In this document: in pieces, positions 54,229 through 64,000 of the stretch
Position numbering within the stretch: position 1 is the first letter of the stretch
Layout: every line of letters starts with the position of its first letter
NCBI GenBank assembly: GCA_965228125.1
Contig: OZ245791.1
Span: 2,378,240-2,442,239 of the forward strand
Source of the DNA: Victivallales bacterium
Lineage (GTDB): Bacteria; Verrucomicrobiota; Lentisphaeria; Victivallales; GWF2-38-69
DNA: 64,000 bases
Direction: 5' to 3'
Translations under genes and position numbers: made by a program
The notes under the pieces: generated by a model
Told to the model about the DNA's origin: nothing
Seen by the model: the letters and a program-made list of their open reading frames with translations, nothing else
The model's database searches: none

Positions 54229-55695
54229 ATGAATATTGTTTGGGTTACAAGTGAAGCAGCTCCATACGCTAAAACAGGTGGGCTTGCTGATGTATCTTCA
54301 GCTCTTCCGATTGCTCTGGCAGAACGTGGGCATAAAGTATCAGTAATTATGCCTTACTATCCTCAGGTGATGAAAGAGTTGACAGCCTTGACTACTGTTA
54401 AAAAAGAACTTCTCGGAGTTCCTTTTGGCTTTAGTGATGAATGGGCTCAAATTAGAGAACACAAAGTCAATGACAATCTAGCCTTTTATTTTATAGAATA
54501 TAACCAATATTTTGACAGGCCAAGCCTTTATGATTTCAAAGGAGTAGAGTACGGGGACAATGCATCAAGATTCATCTTCTTTTCAAGAGCTGCTATGCAG
54601 GCCGTTCTTGCTTTGGAGTTGACTCCTGATATTCTACATACAAATGATTGGACTAGTGCATTGTGTGCTGTTTACTTGAAGACCCCACTTTATTGGAATT
54701 TCGAAAATTTTAAAAACTGCAAGTCTGTAATCACAATTCACAATATTGGTTACCAAGGCGTGTTTAATAAGAATAACCTTTTCCTGTCTGGATTAGGATG
54801 GGAATATTTTAACCAGACTTGTCTGGAATACCATGATCAGTTGAATTTTATGAAAGCTGGGATCATGACAGCAGATATGGTCAATGCCGTAAGCCCGACA
54901 TATGCTAAGGAAATTCTGACTTCTGAATACGGCTTTACTCTTGATCCTGTTTTGCAGCATGTTAGCTGGAGAGGAAAGCTCAGAGGTATTATTAACGGTA
55001 TAGATGATAAAGAATGGAATCCGGCAACCGACAAGTTTCTTCCCGCTAAATATGATAAAGACAATATGGAAGGAAAAAAAGTTTGTAAAGAAGCTCTACA
55101 GAAAGAGTTTGGTCTTCCGGTTAAACCCAATGTGCCTATTTTGGGTATAGTTTCAAGATTAGCATCACAGAAAGGAATAGATGTTTTCGGGAATGCTATT
55201 GAAGATTTGCTTTACCATGATGATATACAGGTAGTCATACTGGGAACAGGTGATAAAGCCCTTGAGGCACAACTCTCATATTTGAACGGAAAATATCCGG
55301 AAAAATTCTCTGTTTACCTCGGATTTAGTAATAAACTCTCTCATCTCGTAGAGGCCGGAAGCGATTTCTTCGTGATGCCATCAAGATATGAGCCTTGTGG
55401 GCTTAACCAAATGTACAGTATGAGGTATGGCACTGCTCCAATCGTAAGAGGAACGGGCGGGCTGGAAGATACAGTAATTAACTACGATTCTGCGACTTTA
55501 GATAAATCCACAGGATTTAAATTTAGTGTACTGTCCGAAGAATCGCTTAGAAACACATTCAGATGGGCTGCCGGAATATACAGAAATGAGCCTGAAAATT
55601 TCAAGAAGATTGTTTATAACGGAATGGCTACGGACTTCTCCTGGGGAAGAACCGCCTCAGAATATGAAGCAATGTATGCAGATGCCGCTAAATAA
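54229..55695 (+). CDS. glgA: Glycogen synthase (ADP-glucose type)
   Basis: MNIVWVTSEAAPYAKTGGLADV start and GT5 pattern. Confidence 0.95.
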   Translation: MNIVWVTSEAAPYAKTGGLADVSSALPIALAERGHKVSVIMPYYPQVMKELTALTTVKKELLGVPFGFSDEWAQIREHKVNDNLAFYFIEYNQYFDRPSLYDFKGVEYGDNASRFIFFSRAAMQAVLALELTPDILHTNDWTSALCAVYLKTPLYWNFENFKNCKSVITIHNIGYQGVFNKNNLFLSGLGWEYFNQTCLEYHDQLNFMKAGIMTADMVNAVSPTYAKEILTSEYGFTLDPVLQHVSWRGKLRGIINGIDDKEWNPATDKFLPAKYDKDNMEGKKVCKEALQKEFGLPVKPNVPILGIVSRLASQKGIDVFGNAIEDLLYHDDIQVVILGTGDKALEAQLSYLNGKYPEKFSVYLGFSNKLSHLVEAGSDFFVMPSRYEPCGLNQMYSMRYGTAPIVRGTGGLEDTVINYDSATLDKSTGFKFSVLSEESLRNTFRWAAGIYRNEPENFKKIVYNGMATDFSWGRTASEYEAMYADAAK

Positions 55696-55710
55696 TTAAT
55701 TTTAAGAATT

Positions 55711-55746
55711 GAGCTCGTTCAGTTTTTTGCTGAGCGAGCTTTTTTT
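55711..55746 (+). terminator. Rho-independent terminator after glgA
   Basis: GAGCTCGTTCAG-TTTTTTG-CTGAGCGAGCT stem-loop followed by TTTTTT. Confidence 0.8.
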
Positions 55747-55980
55747 ACGAAATATTACTATTCACTTATTTTGCCAAATGCGTACAGTTATTAATCTTAC
55801 AAATAGGTAAATATTAGTTTACTTATCTGTGTATTTACTGACATTATTAATGAAAATTATTTAAAAGATTACTATTTTACTTTAATTTTAAGATGTAGAG
55901 AAGTTTCAGGTGCTTGCAATATAAATTATAGCGAAAAAGTCTGTGCAGTTAAAAGTTAAACATAAATTAATGGAGGACTT

Positions 55981-57426
55981 ATGGGGGTGAATTTACCTAA
56001 GAAACTATTAGTGTGCATCATATTTATGGTGTTTTCGCTAAATGCCTTGTTTGCGGCAAAAACCATTACGGCAAATGTTATGGCGCCGCTCCATTTGGAT
56101 TTAAACAATTCTGGAGAAGTGAATGCTTTTCAGTATCAGCTTGCTGCATGTAAGAATTTGGGGGTCAATGCCGTAAGCGTTGATGTCTGGTGGGGGCTTG
56201 TAGAAGGAAAAGCAGACCAGCAATTTGATTGGAGTTACTACGATGCGCTCTTTAAAATGATTACAGACGCAGGGTTACAGATCCAGCCTATTATGTCCTT
56301 TCATCAATGCGGGGGGAATGTAGGAGATACATACGATATGCCTATTCCTTCCTGGATTTGGGCTATTGCAGGAAATGGGGGAAAATATATTAGTGAACAA
56401 TATGACCCGGGAAACCCTGAAGTAGTTTCGCTTTGGGCTGCAAATAATCAGAAGGTCCTTCAGGAGTATCAGGAGTTTATGGATGCTTTTGAGCAGCATT
56501 TTGCAGGATATGTCAATAATATTCAATCTGTTAATATAAGCTGCGGGCCTGCAGGTGAGCTTCGTTACCCTTCATATAACCCTTATTCAGCAAATGGCCG
56601 CAATTGGGGCAGAGGGTATCCTACAAGAGGCTATATGGAATGTTACTCCAATGAAGCTAAAGACTCTTTCAGGAATGCTATGGCAAAGAAGTATGGTGAT
56701 ATTTCAAAACTAAATAACGCATGGAAAACCGGACTTGGATCGTTTAGCGATATAAATCCACCCGGAGACGGAGATAATTTTTTTCAGATATATAATCCTA
56801 GTGCTTATATAAATGCTAAATACGGAAAGGATTTTATCGAATGGTACAACAACGAGTTAGTGAGACATGGCCGGGAAATGCTTACTGCAGCAACAAAAGC
56901 TTTCAATGGACCTTTTTCGAAAACCGAACTAGAGATAAAAATTCCCGGAGTTCACTGGGAAATGTCTGATCCGAATATGCCGAGAAGCGCTGAAGTTTGC
57001 GCAGGTTTGGTTTCTAATAATTTCTATATTTACGGCAAACAGAGCAATCCTCCGGGAGGAACAGGTTATCTTCCTATCTTGAATATGGTTAAAAGCTTTG
57101 ATGGTGTCTCTGGCAGGCATGTGATTGCATACTTTACGTGCTTAGAGATGTCCAACGGAGATTTATACAACTCTCCTTACTCTCAGGCTAGTGCACTTGT
57201 TTTTTGGGTTGGAGATCAGGCTGGAAAGATTAAACTTACAATTAAAGGAGAAAATGCGCTTGCCCCTAATGGTGGTTCGACATGGGCTCAAGGTGGTTTC
57301 TGGTGGAATATAAACAACGCAATTACATATTCTTCTTATACAGGGATTACTATTCTCAGGATCAGCGATGTTGCTTATGGAGACCAGTATTACAACTTCC
57401 AGAGACTAATTAACAAGTATAGATAA
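55981..57426 (+). CDS. Beta-amylase (GH14), secreted
   Basis: Signal peptide. VMAPL, GVNAVSVDVWWGLVE, MSFHQCGGNVGD and ELRYPSY motifs are characteristic of GH14 beta-amylases. Confidence 0.85.
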   Translation: MGVNLPKKLLVCIIFMVFSLNALFAAKTITANVMAPLHLDLNNSGEVNAFQYQLAACKNLGVNAVSVDVWWGLVEGKADQQFDWSYYDALFKMITDAGLQIQPIMSFHQCGGNVGDTYDMPIPSWIWAIAGNGGKYISEQYDPGNPEVVSLWAANNQKVLQEYQEFMDAFEQHFAGYVNNIQSVNISCGPAGELRYPSYNPYSANGRNWGRGYPTRGYMECYSNEAKDSFRNAMAKKYGDISKLNNAWKTGLGSFSDINPPGDGDNFFQIYNPSAYINAKYGKDFIEWYNNELVRHGREMLTAATKAFNGPFSKTELEIKIPGVHWEMSDPNMPRSAEVCAGLVSNNFYIYGKQSNPPGGTGYLPILNMVKSFDGVSGRHVIAYFTCLEMSNGDLYNSPYSQASALVFWVGDQAGKIKLTIKGENALAPNGGSTWAQGGFWWNINNAITYSSYTGITILRISDVAYGDQYYNFQRLINKYR

Positions 57427-57450
57427 AAATCTATTTCAATTGTCTATTGA

Positions 57451-57487
57451 GCTAGCGCTGTTGACTAAAACAGCGTTAGCTTTTTTT
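57451..57487 (+). terminator. Rho-independent terminator after the beta-amylase gene
   Basis: GCTAGCGCTGTT-GACTAA-AACAGCGTTAGC stem-loop followed by TTTTTTT. Confidence 0.8.
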
Positions 57488-57570
57488 ATGCATTGAATTG
57501 AAGAAACACCTAGGTTATAAATTCTTAATCATAATCAAAACATAAAACTATAATCTTTAATTTATAAGTT

Positions 57571-58086
57571 ATGTGCAACTCCTGTTCAAAAGAGAGCGTC
57601 ATTGAAAAATATCCCGACAAGACAGCGGCACTCAATGAGTTTATTGATTCTCTGCCTTTAGGGGCGGATATAAAGAATAACCGTGGATTACTGATAAATT
57701 GCCTGCATAAGGCTCAAGGGATATTTGGTTATCTTCCAGAAGAAGTACAATTGTTTATAGCTGAAAAGCTCAGGCTCAATCTTAGCGACGTTAACGGTGT
57801 AGTCTCATTTTATTCTTTTTTTACTACTCAACCTCCTGGAAAATATAAAATAAATGTTTGTATGGGCACAGCGTGTTTTGTTAAAGGAGCGGATAAAATT
57901 TTAACAGAATTCGAAAAGCACCTTGGAATCAAGGATGGACAAACTACAGAAGACTTGAAATTTTCTTTTGGTGCTTTGAGATGCGTGGGAGCATGCAGTC
58001 TAGCCCCTGTTGTAACTGTTAATGACAAAGTGTATGCCAAAATGACGCCCAAAAGGGTAGGGGAAATAATAGAAAATTGTAAATAA
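57571..58086 (+). CDS. NuoE/HydC-like [2Fe-2S] thioredoxin-fold subunit
   Basis: The C..C...C.AC pattern (VCMGTACFVKG ... CVGACSLAP) is typical of NuoE/HndA. Confidence 0.85.
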   Translation: MCNSCSKESVIEKYPDKTAALNEFIDSLPLGADIKNNRGLLINCLHKAQGIFGYLPEEVQLFIAEKLRLNLSDVNGVVSFYSFFTTQPPGKYKINVCMGTACFVKGADKILTEFEKHLGIKDGQTTEDLKFSFGALRCVGACSLAPVVTVNDKVYAKMTPKRVGEIIENCK

Positions 58087-58103
58087 CTTTTGGGAAAGAT
58101 ATC

Positions 58104-59954
58104 ATGATAAGCAGTTTTAAAGAGTTTACTTTATTCGCAGATACTGTTAAGCAGAAGTATTCGATGAAACCTGATATTAGCATTTTAGTATCTTTGGGAA
58201 CATGCGGAATAGCTGCAGGAGCGCTTCCTGTACATGAAAATTTAATAGAGGAAATTCAGACTAATAAGCTTGATTGCAAAGTTGAGATTATTGAGGTCGG
58301 ATGCATGGGGCTTTGCTTCTGTGAACCAAATGTTGAAGTTTTATACAAAAGGACTAATAGAAGTGTTATTTATGGTAATGTAAGAAAAGATGATGTGCCA
58401 AGGATAATTCAGAGCCTTGCTGACAATGAGCCCAAAGGCATTGATGTTATTGAAAAGTCATGGTATTACCCTGAAATAGAGGAAAAGCCACAAGGTGTTT
58501 ATCAGGCTAAGATCGCATTGAGAAATACTGGGCGGATTAATCCTGAACTTCTTGAAGAGTACATAAATAACTCGGGATATATGGCATTGGCTAAAGTCCT
58601 TAGTTCTATGTCTGCTCAAGAGGTAATTAAAGAAATAACTATCTCGGGATTGAGAGGAAGGGGTGGTGGCGGATTTCCAACAGGCAAGAAATGGGATTTT
58701 GCGGCGACGCAGAAAAATGATATTAAATATGTTATATGCAATGCTGATGAAGGCGATCCTGGAGCGTTCATGGACAGGGCGGTACTAGAAGGCGATCCAC
58801 ACTCGATTCTTGAGGCTATGGCTATTGCCGGATATGCGATTTCATCTAATAAGGGTTATATCTACATAAGAGCAGAGTATCCGTTAGCTATAAAGAGGCT
58901 TCAGATAGCTATAGAGCAAGCATCGAATATCGGTTTGCTCGGGAAAAATATTATGGGGTCGGGTTTTGATTTTGAAGTTGAACTTCGTTATGGTGCCGGT
59001 GCATTTGTCTGTGGAGAAGAGACAGCGTTGATTCATTCGATAGAAGGCCTAAGAGGAATGCCGACAAATAAGCCTCCGTTTCCTGCTGTAGAAGGGGTGT
59101 GGGCTAGGCCGACAATAGTCAATAATGTAGAGACATTTGCCAATGTATGCCCGATAATCAGGAAAGGCGCATTGTGGTATAAAAAAATAGGAACGGAAGG
59201 TTCATCTGGAACTAAAGTTTTTGCCCTTGCCGGAAAGATATCCAAAGTTGGACTCATTGAAGTGCCCATGGGTACGAAATTAAGAGATATTATTTACAAT
59301 GTGGGCGGAGGAATTATGGACGGCAAAGAGTTTAAAGCCGTTCAAACTGGTGGGCCGTCAGGTGGCTGCATAACAAAAGACTATTTGGATACACCAATAG
59401 ACTATGAGACGCTCAAAGCTTTAGGCTCAATGATGGGGTCAGGCGGTATGATAGTCATGGATGAGGATGACTGTATGGTTGATATAGCCAAGTTCTTTCT
59501 TGACTTTACCGTAGATGAATCATGCGGAAAATGTACTCCATGCAGAATCGGGGGCAAGCACATGTATGCCATCCTTGAAAAAATCACCAGAGGAAGAGCA
59601 TCGGAAGACGATCTAAAACTTCTTAAAGAATTGAGTGAAACCGTAAAATCTTCATCACTCTGCGGTCTGGGTATGACTTGTCCCAACCCCATTCTTTCAA
59701 CAATGAAATATTTCGAGCACGAATACAAAGAGCATATCCATGATAAGAGATGCAGGGCTCACAAATGTCCCGATTTGATTGCCTATACAATAGTCGATTA
59801 CAAGTGTATTGGTTGTACAGTCTGTGCAAGGAAATGTCCTGTTCAGTGCATATCGGGAAGTATCAAAGGGCCTCACTTTATTGACCAGTCCAGATGTGTT
59901 AAATGCGGCGAGTGCTTCAAATTCTGCAAGTTTAATGCTATAACGAGAACTTAG
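58104..59954 (+). CDS. NuoF/HydB-like NAD(H)-binding flavoprotein subunit with extra Fe-S domains
   Basis: N-terminal thioredoxin-like 2Fe-2S region, GLRGRGGGGFPTGKKW (FMN/NADH site), ESCGKCTPCR (N3 cluster) and two C-terminal CxxCxxCxxxCP ferredoxin motifs. Confidence 0.9.
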   Translation: MISSFKEFTLFADTVKQKYSMKPDISILVSLGTCGIAAGALPVHENLIEEIQTNKLDCKVEIIEVGCMGLCFCEPNVEVLYKRTNRSVIYGNVRKDDVPRIIQSLADNEPKGIDVIEKSWYYPEIEEKPQGVYQAKIALRNTGRINPELLEEYINNSGYMALAKVLSSMSAQEVIKEITISGLRGRGGGGFPTGKKWDFAATQKNDIKYVICNADEGDPGAFMDRAVLEGDPHSILEAMAIAGYAISSNKGYIYIRAEYPLAIKRLQIAIEQASNIGLLGKNIMGSGFDFEVELRYGAGAFVCGEETALIHSIEGLRGMPTNKPPFPAVEGVWARPTIVNNVETFANVCPIIRKGALWYKKIGTEGSSGTKVFALAGKISKVGLIEVPMGTKLRDIIYNVGGGIMDGKEFKAVQTGGPSGGCITKDYLDTPIDYETLKALGSMMGSGGMIVMDEDDCMVDIAKFFLDFTVDESCGKCTPCRIGGKHMYAILEKITRGRASEDDLKLLKELSETVKSSSLCGLGMTCPNPILSTMKYFEHEYKEHIHDKRCRAHKCPDLIAYTIVDYKCIGCTVCARKCPVQCISGSIKGPHFIDQSRCVKCGECFKFCKFNAITRT

Positions 59955-59990
59955 GTTCAAAACCAGGGCTATCTAATAGGAAAATCTGCA

Positions 59991-62723
59991 ATGAACGAGA
60001 CTCTTAAGATTACGATTGACGGCGTTGATATAGAAGCATACAAAGGCGAAACTATTCTCGACTCTGCTTTAAGGAATGGGATAAGTATTCCTAATTTATG
60101 TTATCATAATAAACTTTCATGCACAGGATCGTGTCGTATTTGTATAGTAGGATTGGAAGGCAGGCCAAATAATGTTCCGGCGTGTTCTACTAAAGTCGAA
60201 GAAGGAATGAAGATAACAGCTTTTAGCGAGAAGATAGAATCGGAAAGGAAAATTCTTCTTGACCTGATACTCTCTATGCATAATGATGACTGTATAAATT
60301 GTGTTCAGGACGGGAAATGTGACTTGCAGGATCTTGCGTTTAAATATGATTTGGGGAGGGGTAATAGAAAGTTTCCTGAGATGTGGAAAGGAATGGAAGA
60401 ATTTTCTGATGATTCATCTCAAGTTTTGGATTATGATGCCACAAAATGTATCCAATGCCAGAAGTGTGTTAAAGCATGTCAGGAGATACAGGGGAAAGGC
60501 ATCCTGACCCTTAAAAACCGCGGAATAGCAACAGTGGTTTCGACTGGATATGGTAAATGGGCACAATCCAAATGCGATGGGTGCGGAGAGTGTGTACAAG
60601 TTTGTCCTGTAGGTGCTCTTACTATGAAGTTTGTATATACTGATGGGCAGCGTTTCAGAGATAAAGATATAACCAATGTCACAAGGACCACTTGTCCGTA
60701 TTGCGGAGTAGGGTGCCAACTTGATATATTTACTTCAGGAGAAGGCGGAATTGTAAAAGTTGAAGGATCTCTAGATGCTCCGAATTATGGTTCTACATGT
60801 GTGAAAGGGCGTTTCGGGCTTGACTTTGCAACGCATAAAGAGCGGCTTACAGTTCCGATGATAAGAAAAGGGGGTAAGCTTGTCGAGTGTTCATGGAACG
60901 AAGCTCTAACATATGCAGCTAGCAAACTGAAGGATATTTTGGCTAAAGAAGGTGGAGCTGATATGATAGGCGGCATGTCGTCGGCAAGATGTACCAATGA
61001 GGATAATTATGTTTTTCAGAAGTTTATGCGTGCAGTTATTGGCACAAATAATGTGGACCATTGTGCTAGAATCTGCCATGGTTCTACCGTAGCAAGTATG
61101 CTTACCTCACTTGGCTCGGGCGCTATGACTAACCCAATAGTTGATTTTGAAAAAGCAGAAGTGATTTTAGTAACGGGTTCTAATACCACAGAAACTCATC
61201 CGGTGATATCTACGTACATTAAACGGGCTGTTCTGAAGAATAATGCAAAACTGATTGTTGTTGATCCCAGAAAAATAGACCTTACGAGGTACGCAGTTCT
61301 TTGGCTCAGACAGAAAAACGGGACAGATATTGCGTGGATTAACGGTATGATCCATGTGATTATAAAAGAAGGTTTGCAAAAAAAAGATTTTATTTGCGAC
61401 AGGGTAGAGGGGTATGAGAAACTTTGGCCGTCTGTGGAAAAATACACTCCTGAATATGTTCAGTCCATAACAGGCATCTCAGGAGAGAAACTGATCGAGG
61501 CTGCCAGAATCTATGCGAAAGCTAATGTGGCCAGTATAGCATGGACTATGGGTATAACCCAGCATGCGCATGGGACGGATAATGTGACAGCTCTTTCTAA
61601 TCTTGCTCTTATTACGGGCAACTTTGGTAAGGAGGGAACGGGACTTAACCCGTTGCGAGGACAGAACAACGTGCAGGGTGCCTGTGATATGGGGGCTCAA
61701 TTTGATACCTATCCAGGCTATATGCGAGTGGACGATGAAGACTGTAGGAGAAGATTTGAAAAACTATGGCATGCAAACCTATCGCCTAACATCGGGCTTC
61801 CTCTCACCGAACTGATGGATGCGGCTCTGGGTGACAAAATAAAAGCCTTATACATAATGGGAGAAAATCCGGCTGTTTCAGAACCAGACAGCAATCATGT
61901 AATTGCCGCTCTTAAATCCTTGGAACTTCTTATAGTCCAAGACATTTTTCTTACAGAAACGGCTAAATACGCCCATGTTGTTTTTCCCGCTACATCGGCG
62001 ATAGAAAAAAATGGGACTTTTACCAATACGGAAAGAAGAGTTTTGCCCGTTAGAAAGGTCATTGAACCTAAAGGCGAGGCCAAAGATGACTGGTATATAA
62101 TTCAGAAACTAGCAATAGCTATGGGTACATATTGGGATTACCAAAATTGGGAAGATGTTATGAAAGAAATTAATATCGCTGTCCCACAATATGCTGGGAT
62201 TATTCCTGACAGAATTAAAAACGGCGAGTCTATCCAGTGGCCTTGTCCGAATATTCAGCATCAAGGTACGCCTATTTTACATACTGAAAAATTCACTAGG
62301 GGCAAAGGGTTGATATCAGTTGTTGAACACATTCCGCCTAAAGAGCCGCCATGTGCGGAGTATCCGTTTGTAATGTCGACAGGGAGAATGTTGTATCATT
62401 ACCATACAGGCACAATGACCAGAAAAAGTGTTTCGCTTAATAGTTATGCTGATAAACCTTATTTCGAAATGAATCCTGAAGACATGAAGGAATTAGTAAT
62501 CGCGGACAATGAGGAAGTCAGGGTTTATTCCAGGCGCGGGGAGATAATAGTTCGGGCTAAGGTTTCTGACAGAGTGCTGAAGAAGAATATTTTTGTACCG
62601 TTCCATTTCGCAGAAGCAGCGGCGAACAGACTGACTATTAACGCCCTTGATCCAAAATCTAAAATAGCTGAACTCAAAGTATGCGCCGTGAACATCACAA
62701 AAATCGGTTTAGTACCTCTGTGA
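59991..62723 (+). CDS. fdhA: Formate dehydrogenase catalytic (alpha) subunit, Mo/W-bisPGD type with NuoG-like N-terminus, Cys variant
   Basis: N-terminal 2Fe-2S and 4Fe-4S motifs. TCPYCGVGC, then VDHCARICHGSTV, which aligns to the FdhH ...HARVUHG... site with Cys (TGC at 61074-61076). C-terminal molybdopterin dinucleotide-binding barrel. Confidence 0.85.
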   Translation: MNETLKITIDGVDIEAYKGETILDSALRNGISIPNLCYHNKLSCTGSCRICIVGLEGRPNNVPACSTKVEEGMKITAFSEKIESERKILLDLILSMHNDDCINCVQDGKCDLQDLAFKYDLGRGNRKFPEMWKGMEEFSDDSSQVLDYDATKCIQCQKCVKACQEIQGKGILTLKNRGIATVVSTGYGKWAQSKCDGCGECVQVCPVGALTMKFVYTDGQRFRDKDITNVTRTTCPYCGVGCQLDIFTSGEGGIVKVEGSLDAPNYGSTCVKGRFGLDFATHKERLTVPMIRKGGKLVECSWNEALTYAASKLKDILAKEGGADMIGGMSSARCTNEDNYVFQKFMRAVIGTNNVDHCARICHGSTVASMLTSLGSGAMTNPIVDFEKAEVILVTGSNTTETHPVISTYIKRAVLKNNAKLIVVDPRKIDLTRYAVLWLRQKNGTDIAWINGMIHVIIKEGLQKKDFICDRVEGYEKLWPSVEKYTPEYVQSITGISGEKLIEAARIYAKANVASIAWTMGITQHAHGTDNVTALSNLALITGNFGKEGTGLNPLRGQNNVQGACDMGAQFDTYPGYMRVDDEDCRRRFEKLWHANLSPNIGLPLTELMDAALGDKIKALYIMGENPAVSEPDSNHVIAALKSLELLIVQDIFLTETAKYAHVVFPATSAIEKNGTFTNTERRVLPVRKVIEPKGEAKDDWYIIQKLAIAMGTYWDYQNWEDVMKEINIAVPQYAGIIPDRIKNGESIQWPCPNIQHQGTPILHTEKFTRGKGLISVVEHIPPKEPPCAEYPFVMSTGRMLYHYHTGTMTRKSVSLNSYADKPYFEMNPEDMKELVIADNEEVRVYSRRGEIIVRAKVSDRVLKKNIFVPFHFAEAAANRLTINALDPKSKIAELKVCAVNITKIGLVPL

Positions 62724-62914
62724 AAAATATCTAAACCAGCATCGAGAGCATCTTGATGTTATTGTCATAAAGCTTAAACTTCTGTTTATTGATTCTAGAC
62801 TTAATTATATCTGGGTTGATATAAAGTGGCATTAAAGTATAAGTTTTCTTTGTTTTTGCTGATTATTATAGCGTTCAGTGCGCTAGTAGTCCTGTTTTCC
62901 TTACAGGGGAGTTT

Positions 62915-63583
62915 ATGGGTATGATGGATATGATAAAGAGTATTGACCACTCGCTCGAAGATATTATTGACGAGAGGACTAAAGAACTTAAGCTTTCCCG
63001 GGAAGATACTATTTTAAAGTTTATCGAACTTGCAGAGAAAATGGATAATGACACATGTAATCATACAAAAAGGATAGGGAAATATTCTAGGCTTTTTGCC
63101 TTAAAAAGCGGATTAGATAAATCGGAGGCGAAAATTATAGGGCAGGCCAGTCTGCTGCACGATATAGGTAAAATCGGAATTGACGACCAGATATTGAGAA
63201 AACCCGGACAGCTTGATTTAGAAGAGTTCGAGATTATGAAAACGCATACTACGATTGGTGCCAAAATACTGGGGAACAGCGATACTATACTTTTGAGTAC
63301 GGCTAGAGATATTGCTTGCTACCATCATGAACAATGGTGCGGAAAAGGTTATCCGTATGGATTGTCGGGAGAAGATATACCTTTATCGGCAAGGATAGTT
63401 GCAATTGTAGATACGTTTGACGCATTACTTTCAGAAAGAGTTTATAAGCATTCTTGGACTCTTGATGAAGTTGTTGCTTATTTGGAAAACAATAAAGGTA
63501 TTTTATTCGACCCTAACCTTATAGATGTTTTTATTGGGAACATTGATTTATTCGTAAAAATAGAAAAAAAATACAATTATTAA
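62915..63583 (+). CDS. HD-GYP domain protein (putative cyclic-di-GMP phosphodiesterase)
   Basis: HDIGKIGI and HHEQWCGKGYPYGL motifs. Confidence 0.85.
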   Translation: MGMMDMIKSIDHSLEDIIDERTKELKLSREDTILKFIELAEKMDNDTCNHTKRIGKYSRLFALKSGLDKSEAKIIGQASLLHDIGKIGIDDQILRKPGQLDLEEFEIMKTHTTIGAKILGNSDTILLSTARDIACYHHEQWCGKGYPYGLSGEDIPLSARIVAIVDTFDALLSERVYKHSWTLDEVVAYLENNKGILFDPNLIDVFIGNIDLFVKIEKKYNY

Positions 63584-63653
63584 ATTTTTTATGCTAAAAA
63601 AGGATGAAAAGATTCAAGGATATAAGCAAAGATGTTTTCCCTGAATCGAAACT

Positions 63654-64000
63654 ATGAACACTTTTCAGCTCGCTTCCTACTTCAAAGAAGGGGAAAAGGA
63701 TGTAAAGGATTTTTGTCAGGGATTGGAATGGGAAATTTTTGTAGTAAATAAAGAAACTTTCAAACAGATTTTATATGATGGTGCATATGGAGTATCATTC
63801 ATCCTCAACGAACTAGGTAAAGAGTTAGGTCTTGAGCCCATATATGACAGGGGCAATTCAAATTTAATTGGGCTTAGTAACAACAATTATAGCATTACAC
63901 TTGAACCGGGCGGGCAAATTGAGCTTTCCGGAAGTAAGTTCAGAAATATCAAAGAAGCCGAGAACGAGTGTAAGAATTTTCTTTCTGTTCTAAGAGACAT
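63654..64000 (+). CDS. gshA: Glutamate--cysteine ligase (plant/proteobacterial GCS2 type), 5' part only
   Basis: Manual translation gives MNTFQLASYFKEGEK...ITLEPGGQIELSGS..., matching the conserved LEPGGQ.ELSG motif. It runs off the window. Confidence 0.7.
   Translation, partial: MNTFQLASYFKEGEKDVKDFCQGLEWEIFVVNKETFKQILYDGAYGVSFILNELGKELGLEPIYDRGNSNLIGLSNNNYSITLEPGGQIELSGSKFRNIKEAENECKNFLSVLRD

Noticed and set aside
61071-61079. Possible selenocysteine (in-frame TGA) at the formate dehydrogenase active site
   Set aside because: The codon is TGC (Cys) within VDHCARICHGSTV, and the ORF is uninterrupted, so no recoding is needed.
62735-62770. Weak hairpin (CATCGAGA-GCA-TCTTGATG) after fdhA as a terminator
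   Set aside because: The stem is short with a G-U pair and is not followed by a convincing T-tract, so it is not reported as a feature.

Overview
This is a 64 kb chromosomal segment from an unidentified low-GC bacterium; spot counts of single 60-nt lines gave about 37-47% GC in housekeeping genes. The main accessory feature is a chromosomal integron at 8317-18785. It has 17 attC recombination sites bounding 17 minus-strand cassettes, and the array runs into a decayed, divergently oriented integron-integrase (intI) remnant at 18355-18785. That remnant has lost its N-terminus, carries a Cys in place of the box I catalytic Arg, and has an internal deletion of the catalytic core. The cassettes encode GNATs, nitroreductases, a flavin reductase with a DUF362-like partner, OsmC, VOC, cupin and CPBP proteins, a GxxExxY protein, a ParE/RelE toxin-antitoxin pair, and three proteins of unknown function. 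Those three include an HEPN-like ORF and sit nearest the integrase, so I consider them the best candidates for an undescribed function. The rest of the window is core genome:
- a U32 peptidase, CDF efflux protein, DsbD, an aromatic amino acid permease, Dus and Kup
- an ArnB-like aminotransferase and an MFS transporter
- a B12-radical SAM enzyme next to an orphan RsmH-like methyltransferase and a Lys-rich micro-ORF
- a GH15 glucoamylase-like enzyme
- a TatT-associated TRAP transporter operon
- an EEP-family protein and cardiolipin synthase
- recR, ybaB, a GNAT, dnaX and SRP RNA
- accD-comF-secY, followed by a ribosomal-protein block (rplO back to rplV) that is truncated at both ends
- a secreted hypothetical protein and topA, the latter with a Cys-free triple-repeat C-terminus
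- an IPMDH-family dehydrogenase, Ogt, NhaP2 and an M50 protease
- glgC/glgA and a GH14 beta-amylase
- a NuoE/NuoF-like plus Cys-type formate dehydrogenase operon
- an HD-GYP protein and the start of gshA

All calls come from reading the sequence and the ORF translations. No database search was run.
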